A DNA stretch of 64,000 bases from an uncultured delta proteobacterium (GTDB lineage: Bacteria > Desulfobacterota > Desulfuromonadia > Desulfuromonadales > BM103), in contig CAVQRZ010000001.1 in the NCBI GenBank assembly GCA_963715335.1, positions 32,001-96,000 on the forward strand, in the 5' to 3' direction. The position numbers were made by a program, and so were the translations under genes. Each line of letters begins with the position of its first letter. The first letter of the stretch is position 1. The notes below the pieces were generated by a model. It was not told where the DNA came from. It did not search any database and saw only the letters and a program-made list of their open reading frames with translations. Positions 1 to 10,839 of this stretch are shown piece after piece.

Positions 1-534
1 CAGGGGGGAGCCCTGCTTGGCGGCGATCAGCTTGTCCGGTTCCTTGTCACAGAGGATCGCCACGGCATAGGCGCCGCGCACTTCACGAAGCGCCATGCGC
101 ACGGCGGATTCAAAATTACCGCACGCCTTATAGTGTTCCTCAATCAGGTGAGCGATGATCTCCGTGTCGGTATCGGAGCTGAAGGTGTGGCCCTGTTCGC
201 CCAGGCGGTTTTTCAGGTCGAGGTAGTTTTCGATAATGCCATTGTGCACTACCACGAATCCGCCGGCGTTGTGCGGATGGGCATTGATTTCCGAAGGGCG
301 TCCATGGGTCGCCCAACGGGTGTGGCCTATGCCTGGTTGGCCGATGAGAGGCTTTGCCTGGAGCATTTTTTCCAGGTTGACCAGTTTGCCTTCAGCACGG
401 CTGATATTGACTTTGCCCTGGCTGAGGATAGCAATCCCGGCTGAATCGTAACCGCGGTATTCTAGCCGCTTCAATCCGTCCAGCACGATGGGTGTTGCTT
501 CCTGGGGACCAATATAACCGACGATGCCGCACAT
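1..534 (-). CDS. glmS: Glutamine--fructose-6-phosphate aminotransferase, 5' part (runs off window start)
   Basis: Read by hand from ATG at 534: [41 protein letters not shown], the GATase-II signature; lies downstream of glmU. Confidence 0.97.
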   Translation of the reverse strand, partial: MCGIVGYIGPQEATPIVLDGLKRLEYRGYDSAGIAILSQGKVNISRAEGKLVNLEKMLQAKPLIGQPGIGHTRWATHGRPSEINAHPHNAGGFVVVHNGIIENYLDLKNRLGEQGHTFSSDTDTEIIAHLIEEHYKACGNFESAVRMALREVRGAYAVAILCDKEPDKLIAAKQGSPL

Positions 535-583
535 AAGAGACCTCGATAAGTGAATGGATAAAGTTCTTTTGAAAATATAATTT

Positions 584-705
584 AACGCAAAGGCGCAAAG
601 ACGCAAAGGAAGTCAAAATCATTTTGGGGTCAGCCAATTAAGCTTCTCTGCTTGTCTCTTGGCGTCTTTGCGCCTTGAGTGAGCGCATGCGAACGGGCGT
701 TAAAA
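584..705. repeat. Octamer (CGCAAAG[AG]) tandem repeat with an inverted partner arm
   Basis: aacgcaaag-gcgcaaag-acgcaaag at about 584-608 and ttggcgtctttgcgccttg at about 659-678. Confidence 0.6.
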
Positions 706-740
706 GAAGATGACTCCCAGGCCCACTGATTTCCCGGCGA

Positions 741-2139
741 TTACTTCTTGTCCTTCTTCTGCCGCTTCTGACGATTCTTCTCCGCCCAGCCTTCGATGTT
801 CTTCTGTTCGGAGCGGGAGATCGCCAGGGCGTCCGCCGGGACATCTTTGGTAATCGTCGAGCCGGCGCCGATCAGGCTGCCACGGCCGATGGTCACCGGC
901 GCAACAAACTGCACGTCGCTGCCGACAAACACATCGTCGCCGATGGTGGTCTGGTGTTTGTTGACACCATCGTAGTTGCACGTAATGGTTCCGCAGCCGA
1001 TGTTGACGTTTTTACCGACTGACGCGTCGCCGATGTAGGTCAGATGGCTGGCCTGCGATTTCTCGCCGATCACCGCTTTCTTGGTCTCGACGAAATTGCC
1101 GATTTTATTGTCGCCGGCCAAAACCGTGCCCGGTCGCAGATGCGCCATCGGCCCGATCGCGCAGTTACTGCCCACAGTCGATTCGCTCAGGACAGAGCCG
1201 GACTTGATATGCACCTTATCACCGATAGTGCAGTCGGTCACAACCACCCCCGGTTCAATTTCACAGCCGCTGCCGATCCGGGTCTGGCCGCGCAGGTGAA
1301 CCCCGGGATGAACCAGGGTATCCGGGCCGATGCTCACATCAGGGTCGATATAGGTCGTCGCCGGATCAACCAGGGTCACCCCGGCACGCTGATGGGTGGC
1401 GTTGATTCTCTGGCGCATGATTTTGCCTGCTTCGGCCAATTGTAGCCGATCGTTAATTCCCATTGCTTCCTCCGCATTGTCAATCAGCAGGGCCTCGACA
1501 CGCTCGCCGGCCTGTCGGGCCGCAGCCACGACATCGGTGAGATAATACTCGCCCTGGACATTCCGGTTATCGACATCCCTTCAACAGGCCAAAAACCTGC
1601 GGTGCCCGGAACAGGTAGATGCCGGTATTGATCTCGCGGACCTGACGCTCCGATTCATCGGCGTCCTTCTCTTCGACGATCCGCTCAACCCCTTCGGCGC
1701 CACGGATGATCCGGCCATACCCCGCAGGGTCGCTCATTTCCGCAGTAAGAATGGTCACACAGGCCGCCTGTCTAAAATGGTGCTCCAGCAAGGCGCGCAG
1801 AGTCTTTTCCTGCAACAGCGGAACATCGCCACAGAGCAGCAGGAGGGCACCTGAAAATCCGTTCAAGGCCCCTTCAGCACAGAGCAGCGCGTGACCGGTG
1901 CCCAGCTGTTCTGGCTGCAGAACGAAATGCAGGCCCAGGCCGGCCATGGTGGCACGGACCTCCTCGGCACCGTGGCCGACCACCGGAATAATCGGCGAGG
2001 CTTCGAGGGCTCCGGCGGTCCCGACCACATGGGCCAGCATCGGCTTGCCTGCCACCGGATGGAGGACCTTGGGCAGGACAGACTTCATACGGGTCCCCTG
2101 ACCGGCCGCCAGGATTACCGCCGCTAATTTCTCTGGCAT
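741..2139 (-). CDS. glmU: Bifunctional UDP-GlcNAc pyrophosphorylase / glucosamine-1-P acetyltransferase, split by a +1 indel near 1577-1580
   Basis: N-half LAAGQGTRMKS..PKVLH (ATG 2139, GGAGA RBS); C-half hexapeptide repeats, GNFVETK, CNYDG; removing one G restores ..KDVDNRNVQGEYYLTD. Confidence 0.95.
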
Positions 2140-2298
2140 TTCAACTCTCCGGAAATTCGAACGGTTCATTATTTAGGAACGCCCTGCAAAGGTCAAGCAT
2201 GGAGATGGCCGAAGCCTGCCGGTAATTCAGGTTTCCCTTTACCGCCATGCCTTGCTCCAGTATATTGGTTAGCATTAGAGAGGGGGGATTCTTTTGCA

Positions 2299-2853
2299 AT
2301 GATCGGACGCGAGAAAATTACCGCGCTGCTGAACCAGGCCGAAAAAGAGCTGAAGGAGCTCGAGATCGCCTACCAGCAGTATTTCCTCGGCCTTGAGAAA
2401 TGCGCCCCTGAACAACAGCGCAGCAAGTTAACTGTACGCCTCCGTAAATTCATCACCTTGTACATACCGCAAACCGATTTGCGCTACCGGCTGAACGGGA
2501 TCAGCAGCCGTTTCAACAGTTACTGCGGCTACTGGGACCGGACCCAGCGCCTGATCGACGAGGGGAAATACGAGCGGCACACCTCCCGGATCCAGCGCAG
2601 GGCGACCGAGGATCCGTCTCTACCAGGGGCAACCGTCAACGACCGTAACGTCGATCCGGTTGACAACCTTTACGAACAACTTGTTCAGGCCCACCAGAGT
2701 TGCAAGATGCGTCCCCCGAACCGGGACCAGGTTGCCAGCTTCCTGGCCAAGCAGGCCGAAACGATCAAGCAGCGCTTCGGCAGCAAAAAGGTTGATTTTG
2801 TCGTGGTGACCGAGTCTGGCAAACCAAAGATAAAGGTCCGCGCCAAAACTTAA
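2299..2853 (+). CDS. Conserved hypothetical protein, MXAN_5187 C-terminal-domain-like
   Basis: LEIAYQQYFLGLEK..P pattern and C-terminal V.F.VV.E.GKPKIK; family assignment from recall. Confidence 0.65.
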   Translation: MIGREKITALLNQAEKELKELEIAYQQYFLGLEKCAPEQQRSKLTVRLRKFITLYIPQTDLRYRLNGISSRFNSYCGYWDRTQRLIDEGKYERHTSRIQRRATEDPSLPGATVNDRNVDPVDNLYEQLVQAHQSCKMRPPNRDQVASFLAKQAETIKQRFGSKKVDFVVVTESGKPKIKVRAKT

Positions 2854-2945
2854 CCCAGCCACTTCCATACCCAAACCGCCATCAGTGCCGGCTCGGTTGA
2901 CGAATACAAGCTGAACCGATAGAGTTAAACCACCCTGGTGCGCCT

Positions 2946-4826
2946 ATGAACATTGTCTTCTGTACCCTGCATGTCCGCCGTTCAGCACAGGCGGTCTCTC
3001 TGGCTGCTGGCTGCCTGGCCGCAGCCCTGCCGGCCGGACTGTGCAGATCCTCCCGGCTGGTCGATGCCTACCCGGAGCAACCGGACCATGAGATCCTCAG
3101 CGCGATTCTCTCTGCGGCCCCGGACGTGGTCGCCTTTCCGGTTTACGTCTGGAACCGTCAACGCGTCATCGGCCTGGCACGGCAGCTGCGCCAGGCCGAT
3201 TCGTCCCTCTACCTGATTGCCGGCGGCCCTGAGGCCACCGGTGACCCGGCTGGACTTTTGTCTGCAGCCCCATGGAACGCATTGGTTCACGGCGAAGGGG
3301 AGGCGGCTCTCGCCGGCCTTCTCGAGAGGCTGGCAGAGGGCCTTCCACTGCACTCCATGCCGGGAGTGACGCTGATGCTGGAGCAGGGGCCGTTAGCTTC
3401 TGCAAACAGGTGTCATTACGATCTTGACCGCGCAACGTCTCCCTGGCTGGCGGGGACCATTCAACCATCATCTGCCGGTGTCCTGTGGGAAGTTGCGCGG
3501 GGCTGTGCCTTCTCCTGCGATTATTGCTTCGAGGCCCGGGGCCAGCAAGGCGTTCGGGCCCTGCCGAAAGAACGTCTGAAGGCCGAGCTCGACCTTTTTG
3601 TCGACAGCGATGTCAGCCAGGTGTGGGTTTTGGACTCTACCTTCAACTACCCTCCGGAACGTGGGGTTGCACTTCTGGAGATGCTGCTGAAGGTCGCCCC
3701 TGACCTTCACTATCATCTGGAAGCCAAAGCCGATTTCATTGACCGCCGCACCGCTAGCCTGCTCGGCAAGTTGAACTGTTCGGTTCAGATCGGCCTGCAA
3801 TCAGTACATCAACAGGTCCTCAAAACGATCCACCGCCCAATTGACCTGGACATCCTGACGGAGAAGATTCACCTGCTCGAAGCCGAAGGGGTTGTTTACG
3901 GCTTCGACCTGATCTACGGCCTGCCGGAAGATAGCTACTCAGGCTTCCGGGAAAGTATCGACACGGTGCTGGGCTTTGCCCCCAACCACATTCATATCTT
4001 CCCGCTGGCCGTACTGCCCGGGACCCGACTGGCACAGCAACGGGACAGGTACGGGATCAAAGCTCAGCAGGACCCGCCTTACGAGTTGATCGCCTCGGCA
4101 AACTGGACTGCGGAAGAGATGGGGCTCTGTCGGCGTCTGGCTGCAGCAGTCGACCTTTTCTACAACACCGGTCGGGCTGTGGCTTTCTTTCCGGCTATTA
4201 TGGAGGCGTTGCAAACCTGCCCCAGCGCACTCTTCGAGGATTTCTTCAAATGGGCAGAGCAGGCACCCGAAATAGACCCGGACAGCCTGATGCAAACCGA
4301 AAACTGGGCAGCAGCAGATGTCTATCGGATGTTGCAGGGCTACCTCAGCCATCGGCTGAAGAGCACCGGCCAGGGGCATTTGATCAGCATCTTCCTCGAC
4401 CTGCTCTGCTACCATTTCAACTATGCAGAAACCCTTCTCGGTGAAGAACTTTTACCAATCTTCGAAGACTCGCCGTTACAGCAAGATGCCTGGGAGACTC
4501 CCTGGCAGCGTTCGAAAAAATTTCGCCTGGTGCCCTTCGCCTACGAAATACTCGATCTGCTCGAAATGGAGGGGATGCATCTGGAGGAAATGTCTGCGCT
4601 GTTCCGGCCCGTCGGCTCTGTTGCGCTCTTCATGCGCCGAGACAACCAGGTCCTTTGCGAGTCCCTCGGTGAAGAAATGTTGCAGCTGCTCAAGCGAAGT
4701 GATGGCAAGAGCAGCCCCAAAGAGATTTTCGCCGGGAGCCTGCCCAAGGCGACCGGCACGGAGCTGCTCGAGTTCGCCGTCAGCGAGGGGCTCCTGTATC
4801 CGGCGGGGGACCTGGTCCCGTCGTAA
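2946..4826 (+). CDS. B12-binding-domain radical SAM protein
   Basis: CxxxCxxC (RGCAFSCDYC); N-terminal cobalamin-binding-like fold (YVWN, GGPEA, GEGE). Confidence 0.9.
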   Translation: MNIVFCTLHVRRSAQAVSLAAGCLAAALPAGLCRSSRLVDAYPEQPDHEILSAILSAAPDVVAFPVYVWNRQRVIGLARQLRQADSSLYLIAGGPEATGDPAGLLSAAPWNALVHGEGEAALAGLLERLAEGLPLHSMPGVTLMLEQGPLASANRCHYDLDRATSPWLAGTIQPSSAGVLWEVARGCAFSCDYCFEARGQQGVRALPKERLKAELDLFVDSDVSQVWVLDSTFNYPPERGVALLEMLLKVAPDLHYHLEAKADFIDRRTASLLGKLNCSVQIGLQSVHQQVLKTIHRPIDLDILTEKIHLLEAEGVVYGFDLIYGLPEDSYSGFRESIDTVLGFAPNHIHIFPLAVLPGTRLAQQRDRYGIKAQQDPPYELIASANWTAEEMGLCRRLAAAVDLFYNTGRAVAFFPAIMEALQTCPSALFEDFFKWAEQAPEIDPDSLMQTENWAAADVYRMLQGYLSHRLKSTGQGHLISIFLDLLCYHFNYAETLLGEELLPIFEDSPLQQDAWETPWQRSKKFRLVPFAYEILDLLEMEGMHLEEMSALFRPVGSVALFMRRDNQVLCESLGEEMLQLLKRSDGKSSPKEIFAGSLPKATGTELLEFAVSEGLLYPAGDLVPS

Positions 4827-4929
4827 CCACGGCAAAACCACAATAAAAGCCCTGTAAAGGGCCCTGAGACTGCGGGCAAAGTTGAGTGATTCTTTTGGCT
4901 CACTTCTGCTCTGGTTCTCAATGTGTAGA

Positions 4930-5452
4930 GGGCAACAGATGTTTAATCTGTTGCCCTTTTTATTGTACTTCGAAATTCCAAAAACAAACCAATAACCCGG
5001 GGGTTGCGCCCCCCGACGGCGCCATACTCTTTTACTGGCCTAAAAGAGTATGCAGAAAAGGGCCTGCGCTGCGCTGGGCATGTCTGGCCCGGCAGGGCGG
5101 CGACCTCAATCCGGATTCTTCTTATCGATCAAGGGTCCAGCTTTCCCCCTCAGGATCCGAGGCTCTTGAGAGCCTCTCCTGCTGTCAAGGATTGCGTCGG
5201 CAGGGGTTGTTTTGGCTTTTCCCTGGTAAATCACACGGCAAGGTCAGGCCCTTTGACACAGGGCCGGATCCCCATCACAGCAGGTTCTTGAAGTCACAGA
5301 CATCCGGCAGAGGAGATGCCCTCCGCAAGGAGAAGGCACTTTTGCATACTTTTGTTGCCGGACAAAAGTATGGCGTCCGGCGGGACGCGACCCGCCGGTT
5401 TTGCTTTTAAGTATTTCAAGAGAAGAAAAGTGCAACAGATTAACTTCTGTTG
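4930..5452 (+). repeat. Structured REPIN/MITE-like repeat, copy 1
   Basis: Core about 5066-5408 matches the reverse complement of about 23746-24086; bounded by GGGCAACAGAT-N5-ATCTGTTGCCC-type hairpins. Confidence 0.85.
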
Positions 5453-5605
5453 TCATAAAAGATGACTAAATCGAAGATCTCTGTCTGAACAGACCGGCAG
5501 ACCCAACTACAAACCCCACATCAACGCAATGTGGGGTTTGTCTACCATCTGTGGGCCTGTAGAACAACCGGTCTTTTTGCAACGATCAGGCAGACCGGGA
5601 CGGGG

Positions 5606-5881
5606 TCAGGCAACATCCTTCATCCGCTCAACATAGCGGGGACGTTCCACTATAAATGACTTGATCTCGCCGACCTCCGGCACACGGCCAGCGATGCGAA
5701 CGACATCGTCAATCAACAACGCAGGGGCAACGTAGACACGGTTATCAACCATCTTGCGACGGTCGCAGAAGAGATGAACCTCAGCACGCACATCCATCTC
5801 CTGCAGGGCTTTGCGCACATTGGCAAGGACGCGTTCACCGCGCTGACCGGCTTCAGGTTTGCAGAGTATATCGATACGCAT
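5606..5881 (-). CDS. Small thioredoxin-fold protein (MTH895/Thioredoxin_3-like) lacking CxxC
   Basis: PALLIDD..GRVP C-terminal motif; 91 aa; AAGGA RBS. Confidence 0.7.
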   Translation of the reverse strand: MRIDILCKPEAGQRGERVLANVRKALQEMDVRAEVHLFCDRRKMVDNRVYVAPALLIDDVVRIAGRVPEVGEIKSFIVERPRYVERMKDVA

Positions 5882-5990
5882 GGCGACATCCTTTCCTTAA
5901 CATGACTATTTTCGTCAATTATATAATTCTAAACAAAAAAGGCAAGCAGAAAATGCTCACCTTTTTTTAGTGCTGATAGCGATAACCGGC

Positions 5991-6845
5991 TTAACGCGGT
6001 GGCGGGCTGTTGCCATAAATAACCCGCAAGGCGCGTCCGGTGCGCGCCACCAGGCGGATCGGGTTGACCGGCTTGGCGATGAAGTCGAAATACCCCATCT
6101 CCAGCAACCTGGCCTCCTCTTCCGGTGAGTCCTTGGGAGAAAGCGCTATAACGGGGATATGCTTGATATTCAGGTTGCCCTGCACGGCACGGTACATTTC
6201 GTGGTCGTCCGTGCGCGGCATAACGGTGTCAGCGAGAATCAGATGCGGTTTTTCCTCAATAGCCATCTTGAGGCCGTCAGCGCCACTGCCTGCCTCGATC
6301 AGGTTAAAGCCTTCTTTTTTCAGGGTCGCCATAATCGCAGAGCGAACCAGATCCCGGTCATCGACTACCAGGACGGTCCACCAGACATCCAGCCCATGGG
6401 AGCGTTCGACAATATTGTAATAATGGCGGTTGACCGCAGACTGGATCTCCGAGGGCGTGGTCACGCAGGGAATGACCCGCAGACCACTTTTGAAGGAAAG
6501 ATTGTCAATCGTCTCCATATCGAGCGGATTGACCATCGCCAGGTACAGGGTCTTGTCCTCCGCTTTCAGCGGGAACAACATCTTGTCAGTGGCCGTGTTG
6601 CCGTCGACCAGCGCCAGGAGGTCGGCGCTGAATGTCGCCCGGGCAATATTGGAGACGGTCTTGAAGCCGAACTGGCGTGCCAGGGCGACCGCAATATCGC
6701 GCTCGGTGACCATGCCCATATCCTTGAGAACCTGGCCGAGCCGACGACCGGTTCCCCAGTGTCTCTCCAGAGCTCGCTGCAGCTGGTTCTCGTCAACCAC
6801 CTTGGCTTCGAGCAGGATCTCCCCAAAACGTTTGTGCTTGGCCAT
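5991..6845 (-). CDS. MshEN/T2SSE_N domain plus receiver domain response regulator
   Basis: Tandem R(F/L)GxxL..L..AL motifs; REC domain LVVDD..LILADTVMP..FIAKP. Confidence 0.85.
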   Translation of the reverse strand: MAKHKRFGEILLEAKVVDENQLQRALERHWGTGRRLGQVLKDMGMVTERDIAVALARQFGFKTVSNIARATFSADLLALVDGNTATDKMLFPLKAEDKTLYLAMVNPLDMETIDNLSFKSGLRVIPCVTTPSEIQSAVNRHYYNIVERSHGLDVWWTVLVVDDRDLVRSAIMATLKKEGFNLIEAGSGADGLKMAIEEKPHLILADTVMPRTDDHEMYRAVQGNLNIKHIPVIALSPKDSPEEEARLLEMGYFDFIAKPVNPIRLVARTGRALRVIYGNSPPPR

Positions 6846-6989
6846 ACGCCCTCGCTCGCTGAAGGATTGAATTGTTCTGCAACAGATCCTCTACAGTAAC
6901 AATTTTCTCCAAAAAATCCAAGCGTTTGCGCAAAGTCCATGAGCTCTGGTCACGCCCCTCTGAACGTGGCCATCGTTCGAACCTCTCGG

Positions 6990-9602
6990 CTAGGCCTCGA
7001 AGAAACCGATTTTCAGTTCGCCGTTCTCTTCATCGACCCTGATGCGGCCGCCTTCACGGACCTCCGATGCGATCATGGCCCTGCCAATCTGAGTCTCAAG
7101 GTGACGCTGCAGATAGCGTTTCAGGGGCCTTGCGCCGTAGACCGGATCGTAAGCCGCTCTGGCAACGAACGCGCGTGCTTCGGGCGTCAGTTCAAGGTCA
7201 AAGCCACGTTCGGCCAGACGTTTCTGCAACTCTTCAACCTGGAGATCGACAATCTGTTCAGTTTCAACCAGGGTCAACGGCTTGAACATGATGACATCGT
7301 CGACCCGGTTGAGGAATTCGGGCCTGAACCCGCTTCGCAGTTCGCGCATGACCATCTCCCGGGCATTCTCGCGGATGATGCCGTCATCGGTGACACCTTC
7401 GAGCAAATGCTGGGAACCGACATTCGAGGTCATGATCACTACCGTGTTCTTGAAATCAACGGTGCGCCCGTGGCTGTCGGTAATCCGTCCATCATCGAGG
7501 ACCTGAAGGAGCACGTTGAAAACATCCGCATGGGCTTTTTCTATTTCGTCAAACAAGACCACGCTGTAAGGATGACGCCGGACCGCCTCGGACAGTTGAC
7601 CGCCCTCTTCAAAGCCGACGTACCCGGGAGGGGCGCCGATCAGGCGACTGACCGCGTGCCTTTCCATGTACTCCGACATGTCAATGCGGATCATGTTCTC
7701 TTCACTGTCAAACATGGCTTCGGCAAGCGTTTTGGCCAGTTCCGTCTTGCCAACCCCGGTCGGGCCCAGGAAGATGAACGAACCGATCGGCCGACGCGGA
7801 TCCTTGATCCCGGCGCGGGCACGGATCACGGCGTCGGCAACCAGCTGTACAGCCTCATCCTGGCCGATCACCCGGCGATGCAGAATCTGGTCGAGCTTGA
7901 GCAATTTTTCCCTTTCGCCTTCGACCAGCCTGGTCACCGGAATCCCCGTCCAAAGGGAGACGATTCCGGCAATCTCATCTTCGGTGACCTCTTCACGTAA
8001 CAGCCGCGTCCCCTCGTCGGCGCCGGGCAGCTTCCCTTCGGACTCAAGCAGCTGGCGTTCGAGATCAGGCAGGCGCCCATGCTTGAGTTCAGCCGCCCGG
8101 TTCAAATCATATTCGCGCTCGGCAACCTCGATTTGCTGACGGACCTTTTCAATTGCCTCGCGCAGCACCTGGACGGACTTGATCTCTTCCTTCTCCGTGT
8201 CCCACTGGGTCCTGAGGGTTTTCGACCGATCGCGCTGGTCGGCGAGTTCCCTGTGCAAAGCATCCAGGCGGGCCTGGCTGGCCTTGTCTTTCTCTTTTTT
8301 CAGGGCTGCTTCCTCTATTTCCAGCTGCATAACCCGGCGTGTCACTTCATCGAGTTCTGCCGGCAGAGAATCGATTTCCGTGCGGATCATGGCACAGGCT
8401 TCATCAACCAGATCAATCGCCTTGTCCGGCAGGAACCGGTCGGAAATATAGCGATGGCTCAAGGTCGCGGCAGCCACCAGCGAGTTGTCCTGGATGCGTA
8501 CACCGTGGTGCACCTCGAAGCGTTCTTTCAGGCCGCGCAGGATACTGATCGTGTCTTCGACGGTTGGCTGCTCGACCAGAACCGGCTGAAAGCGCCGCTC
8601 CAGAGCGGCGTCCTTTTCAATGTATTGGCGGTATTCATCGATCGTCGTCGCACCGATGCAATGCAACTCGCCGCGCGCAAGCATCGGCTTGAGCATATTC
8701 CCCGCATCGATCGCGCCTTCTGCCTTGCCCGTGCCGACGATCGTGTGCAGTTCATCGATAAAGAGCAGGACTCTGCCATCGCTTTCGCGGATCTCGGTCA
8801 AAACCGCCTTGAGCCGTTCCTCGAATTCACCGCGGTACTTGGCCCCGGCCAGCAGGGAGCCCATATCGAGAGCGAAAACGGTCTTGTCCTTAAGCCCTTC
8901 CGGGACGTCCCCGCGCACGATGCGCTGGGCAAGCCCTTCGACAATTGCCGTCTTGCCGACCCCGGGTTCACCGATCAGCACCGGGTTGTTCTTGGTCTTG
9001 CGCGACAGGATGCGAATCACGCGCCGGATTTCGCCATCCCTGCCGATCACCGGGTCAAGCTTGCCCTTCTGTACTTCCCGGACCAGGTCACGACCGTATT
9101 TCTCGAGGGCTTCATAGGTCACCTCGGGATCGGAACTGGTTACCCGCTGATGACCACGCACATCGCTGAGGACCCGCAACAGGCGATCACGGCTTAAATC
9201 GAACTGCAGCAGAATCCGTCCCGCCGGCGACTGCTTGCCCTCGTCCGCCAGCACCAGGAGCAGATGCTCGACGCTGATATATTCATCCTTTAAGTGCTTG
9301 GCTTCCTGTTCGGCCTTGACCATCAGGCGATTGAACCGCTGGGTAACATAAACCTTGCCGGCCTCAACACCCGGCCCGGACACCGAGGGGATTTTTTCGA
9401 GCTCCTTTCGGGTAGCCGCAACCAGGTTGCGCAGATCGATACCCAGTCTCGTAACCAGGCGCGGGACCAGGCCCTCTTCCTGTTGCAGCAGGGCGAGCAG
9501 GAGGTGCTCTCCATCGACCTCGACATGGCCGAAATGTACGGCAAGGCTCTGGGCCGACTGCAGCGCTTCCTGGGTCTTTTGCGTCATCCGATTGATATCC
9601 AT
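6990..9602 (-). CDS. clpB: ATP-dependent chaperone ClpB
   Basis: Two AAA+ modules ([16 protein letters not shown]), coiled-coil middle domain, 870 aa. Confidence 0.98.
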   Translation of the reverse strand: MDINRMTQKTQEALQSAQSLAVHFGHVEVDGEHLLLALLQQEEGLVPRLVTRLGIDLRNLVAATRKELEKIPSVSGPGVEAGKVYVTQRFNRLMVKAEQEAKHLKDEYISVEHLLLVLADEGKQSPAGRILLQFDLSRDRLLRVLSDVRGHQRVTSSDPEVTYEALEKYGRDLVREVQKGKLDPVIGRDGEIRRVIRILSRKTKNNPVLIGEPGVGKTAIVEGLAQRIVRGDVPEGLKDKTVFALDMGSLLAGAKYRGEFEERLKAVLTEIRESDGRVLLFIDELHTIVGTGKAEGAIDAGNMLKPMLARGELHCIGATTIDEYRQYIEKDAALERRFQPVLVEQPTVEDTISILRGLKERFEVHHGVRIQDNSLVAAATLSHRYISDRFLPDKAIDLVDEACAMIRTEIDSLPAELDEVTRRVMQLEIEEAALKKEKDKASQARLDALHRELADQRDRSKTLRTQWDTEKEEIKSVQVLREAIEKVRQQIEVAEREYDLNRAAELKHGRLPDLERQLLESEGKLPGADEGTRLLREEVTEDEIAGIVSLWTGIPVTRLVEGEREKLLKLDQILHRRVIGQDEAVQLVADAVIRARAGIKDPRRPIGSFIFLGPTGVGKTELAKTLAEAMFDSEENMIRIDMSEYMERHAVSRLIGAPPGYVGFEEGGQLSEAVRRHPYSVVLFDEIEKAHADVFNVLLQVLDDGRITDSHGRTVDFKNTVVIMTSNVGSQHLLEGVTDDGIIRENAREMVMRELRSGFRPEFLNRVDDVIMFKPLTLVETEQIVDLQVEELQKRLAERGFDLELTPEARAFVARAAYDPVYGARPLKRYLQRHLETQIGRAMIASEVREGGRIRVDEENGELKIGFFEA

Positions 9603-9670
9603 GGCTATCCTCTCTTAAGCGTTTTTAAGATTTTACCAGTCTCCGGTGCTTTTTCCCGGTCGCCCCGGCG

Positions 9671-9705
9671 AAAAAAAAGGCCGGGATCAAACCGGCCTTT
9701 TTTTT
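9671..9705 (-). terminator. Intrinsic terminator between hsp20 and clpB
   Basis: AAAAAAAAGGCCGG-loop-CCGGCCTTTTTTTT. Confidence 0.75.
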
Positions 9706-9720
9706 CGCGACGGGAAGTTG

Positions 9721-10113
9721 TCAGTGTACCGACACTTCGATGCGCTTCGGTTTGGCCTTTTCAGCTTTGGGAATCTTCAGGGTCACCACACCCTGCCTGA
9801 TGGCGGCCTCGGCTTGCCCTGCATCAAAGTGGTCGGAAAGCAGGAACTGGCGCCAGTAGCCGGCCATGGCAAATTCACGGTACTGGTAATCCCCGGCACC
9901 TGCCGGCGCACTACCCTGCAGGGTCAGGACTCCCTGCTCGATCGTGACTTCCAGGCTGTCATCATCCAGCCCCGGCATATCAGCGACCAGGGTCAGCCCC
10001 TCCTCGGTTTCGAAAATATCCACAGACGGACTGATGTATTGATCATTCTTGCGCGTGGTCTCGCGGGACAGCGCCGAAGTCGGCTCCAGGTTGGCAATAT
10101 TCTTCTCGGTCAT
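9721..10113 (-). CDS. Hsp20/alpha-crystallin small heat shock protein
   Basis: PSVDIFET..ADMPG..GVVTLKIPK..KRIEV. Confidence 0.93.
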   Translation of the reverse strand: MTEKNIANLEPTSALSRETTRKNDQYISPSVDIFETEEGLTLVADMPGLDDDSLEVTIEQGVLTLQGSAPAGAGDYQYREFAMAGYWRQFLLSDHFDAGQAEAAIRQGVVTLKIPKAEKAKPKRIEVSVH

Positions 10114-10153
10114 GACAGATCAACTCCTTTCTCTGTTCAATTTATCGTTAACT

Positions 10154-10606
10154 CTAACGTACCTTTACGGTGATTTTTTTCGGTTTTGCTGTAGCAGCTT
10201 TCGGCATCGTCACACGCAACAGACCGTTACGGCATTCAGCCTTGATCTGGTCGGCAACAATCTCGACCGGCAATTCGATGGTGCGGATAAATTTTCCATT
10301 GCCGCGTTCCCGACGGTGCCAGGTACAATGGCCTTCAGATTCATCCACGGCCGAGCGCTCGCCGGCCATGGTCAGGGTGTTGCCCAGGATGTTCATGTCA
10401 ATCCTGTCCGGGTCAACGCCTGGCAGCAACGCTTCGACATACACATTGTCTGCATCGTCACGCAGATTGATCTTGGGATACTGGCGCAAGCCCAGGCCCG
10501 GTTCAAAGGCCGGGCCGAACAGGCGGCCCCGATCATGGCCGGTGAAAAGTCCGTTAATGTCCCGATGCAATTGGTCAATTTCCTTGAAAAGATCCCAGTT
10601 TCTCAT
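10154..10606 (-). CDS. Hsp20/alpha-crystallin small heat shock protein
   Basis: YPKINL..LPGVD..RRER..GKF.R.IELP..NGLLRVTMPK..KKITV. Confidence 0.94.
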   Translation of the reverse strand: MRNWDLFKEIDQLHRDINGLFTGHDRGRLFGPAFEPGLGLRQYPKINLRDDADNVYVEALLPGVDPDRIDMNILGNTLTMAGERSAVDESEGHCTWHRRERGNGKFIRTIELPVEIVADQIKAECRNGLLRVTMPKAATAKPKKITVKVR

Positions 10607-10666
10607 GGTTTTTCTCCTCCTGTGCTGGATTCGTGAGTGGTTTAATTGCCTTCGTACCCTGTTTAT

Positions 10667-10682
10667 TACAAACCACGTGCCA
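10667..10682 (-). promoter_or_regulatory. Sigma54 -24/-12 promoter for hsp20-hsp20-clpB
   Basis: TGGCACG-TGGT-TTGTA against the consensus TGGCACG-N4-TTGCW. Confidence 0.8.
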
Positions 10683-10757
10683 ATTTCTTTAAATAATTTT
10701 TATGCAGTATTTTCAGCAGGTTGAGAGAATCGTGGCAGGACGTTCGGCAACTTGCAA

Positions 10758-10809
10758 CGTCGCAAAAAGATGTCGCAAGCGACACTTGCGACAAGTGCCA
10801 TGTCGCAAG
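10758..10809. promoter_or_regulatory. Putative enhancer (UAS) for a sigma54 activator
   Basis: Inverted repeat TGTCGCAAG-N5-CTTGCGACA (10771-10793) plus another TGTCGCAAG (10801-10809), about 100 bp upstream of the promoter. Confidence 0.7.
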
Positions 10810-10839
10810 TGAACGGGTCGGGAACAGCCGGTGAGGAGG

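Noticed and set aside
535..740. glmS ribozyme upstream of glmS
   Set aside because: No recognisable ribozyme core; the gap is filled by octamer repeats
1560..1590. Programmed frameshift or naturally split glmU
   Set aside because: No slippery heptamer, the break falls mid-domain, and similar indels occur in other genes
4886..5456. ORFs inside the structured repeats (also 23712-24369, 43537-44160)
   Set aside because: Starts and ends differ between copies and there are no transposase motifs; treated as non-coding
6939..9197. Long plus-strand ORFs opposite clpB (likewise 33283-34614, 35837-37288, 37391-38530, 55177-56178)
   Set aside because: Antisense shadows of well-supported genes in GC-rich DNA, with no motifs
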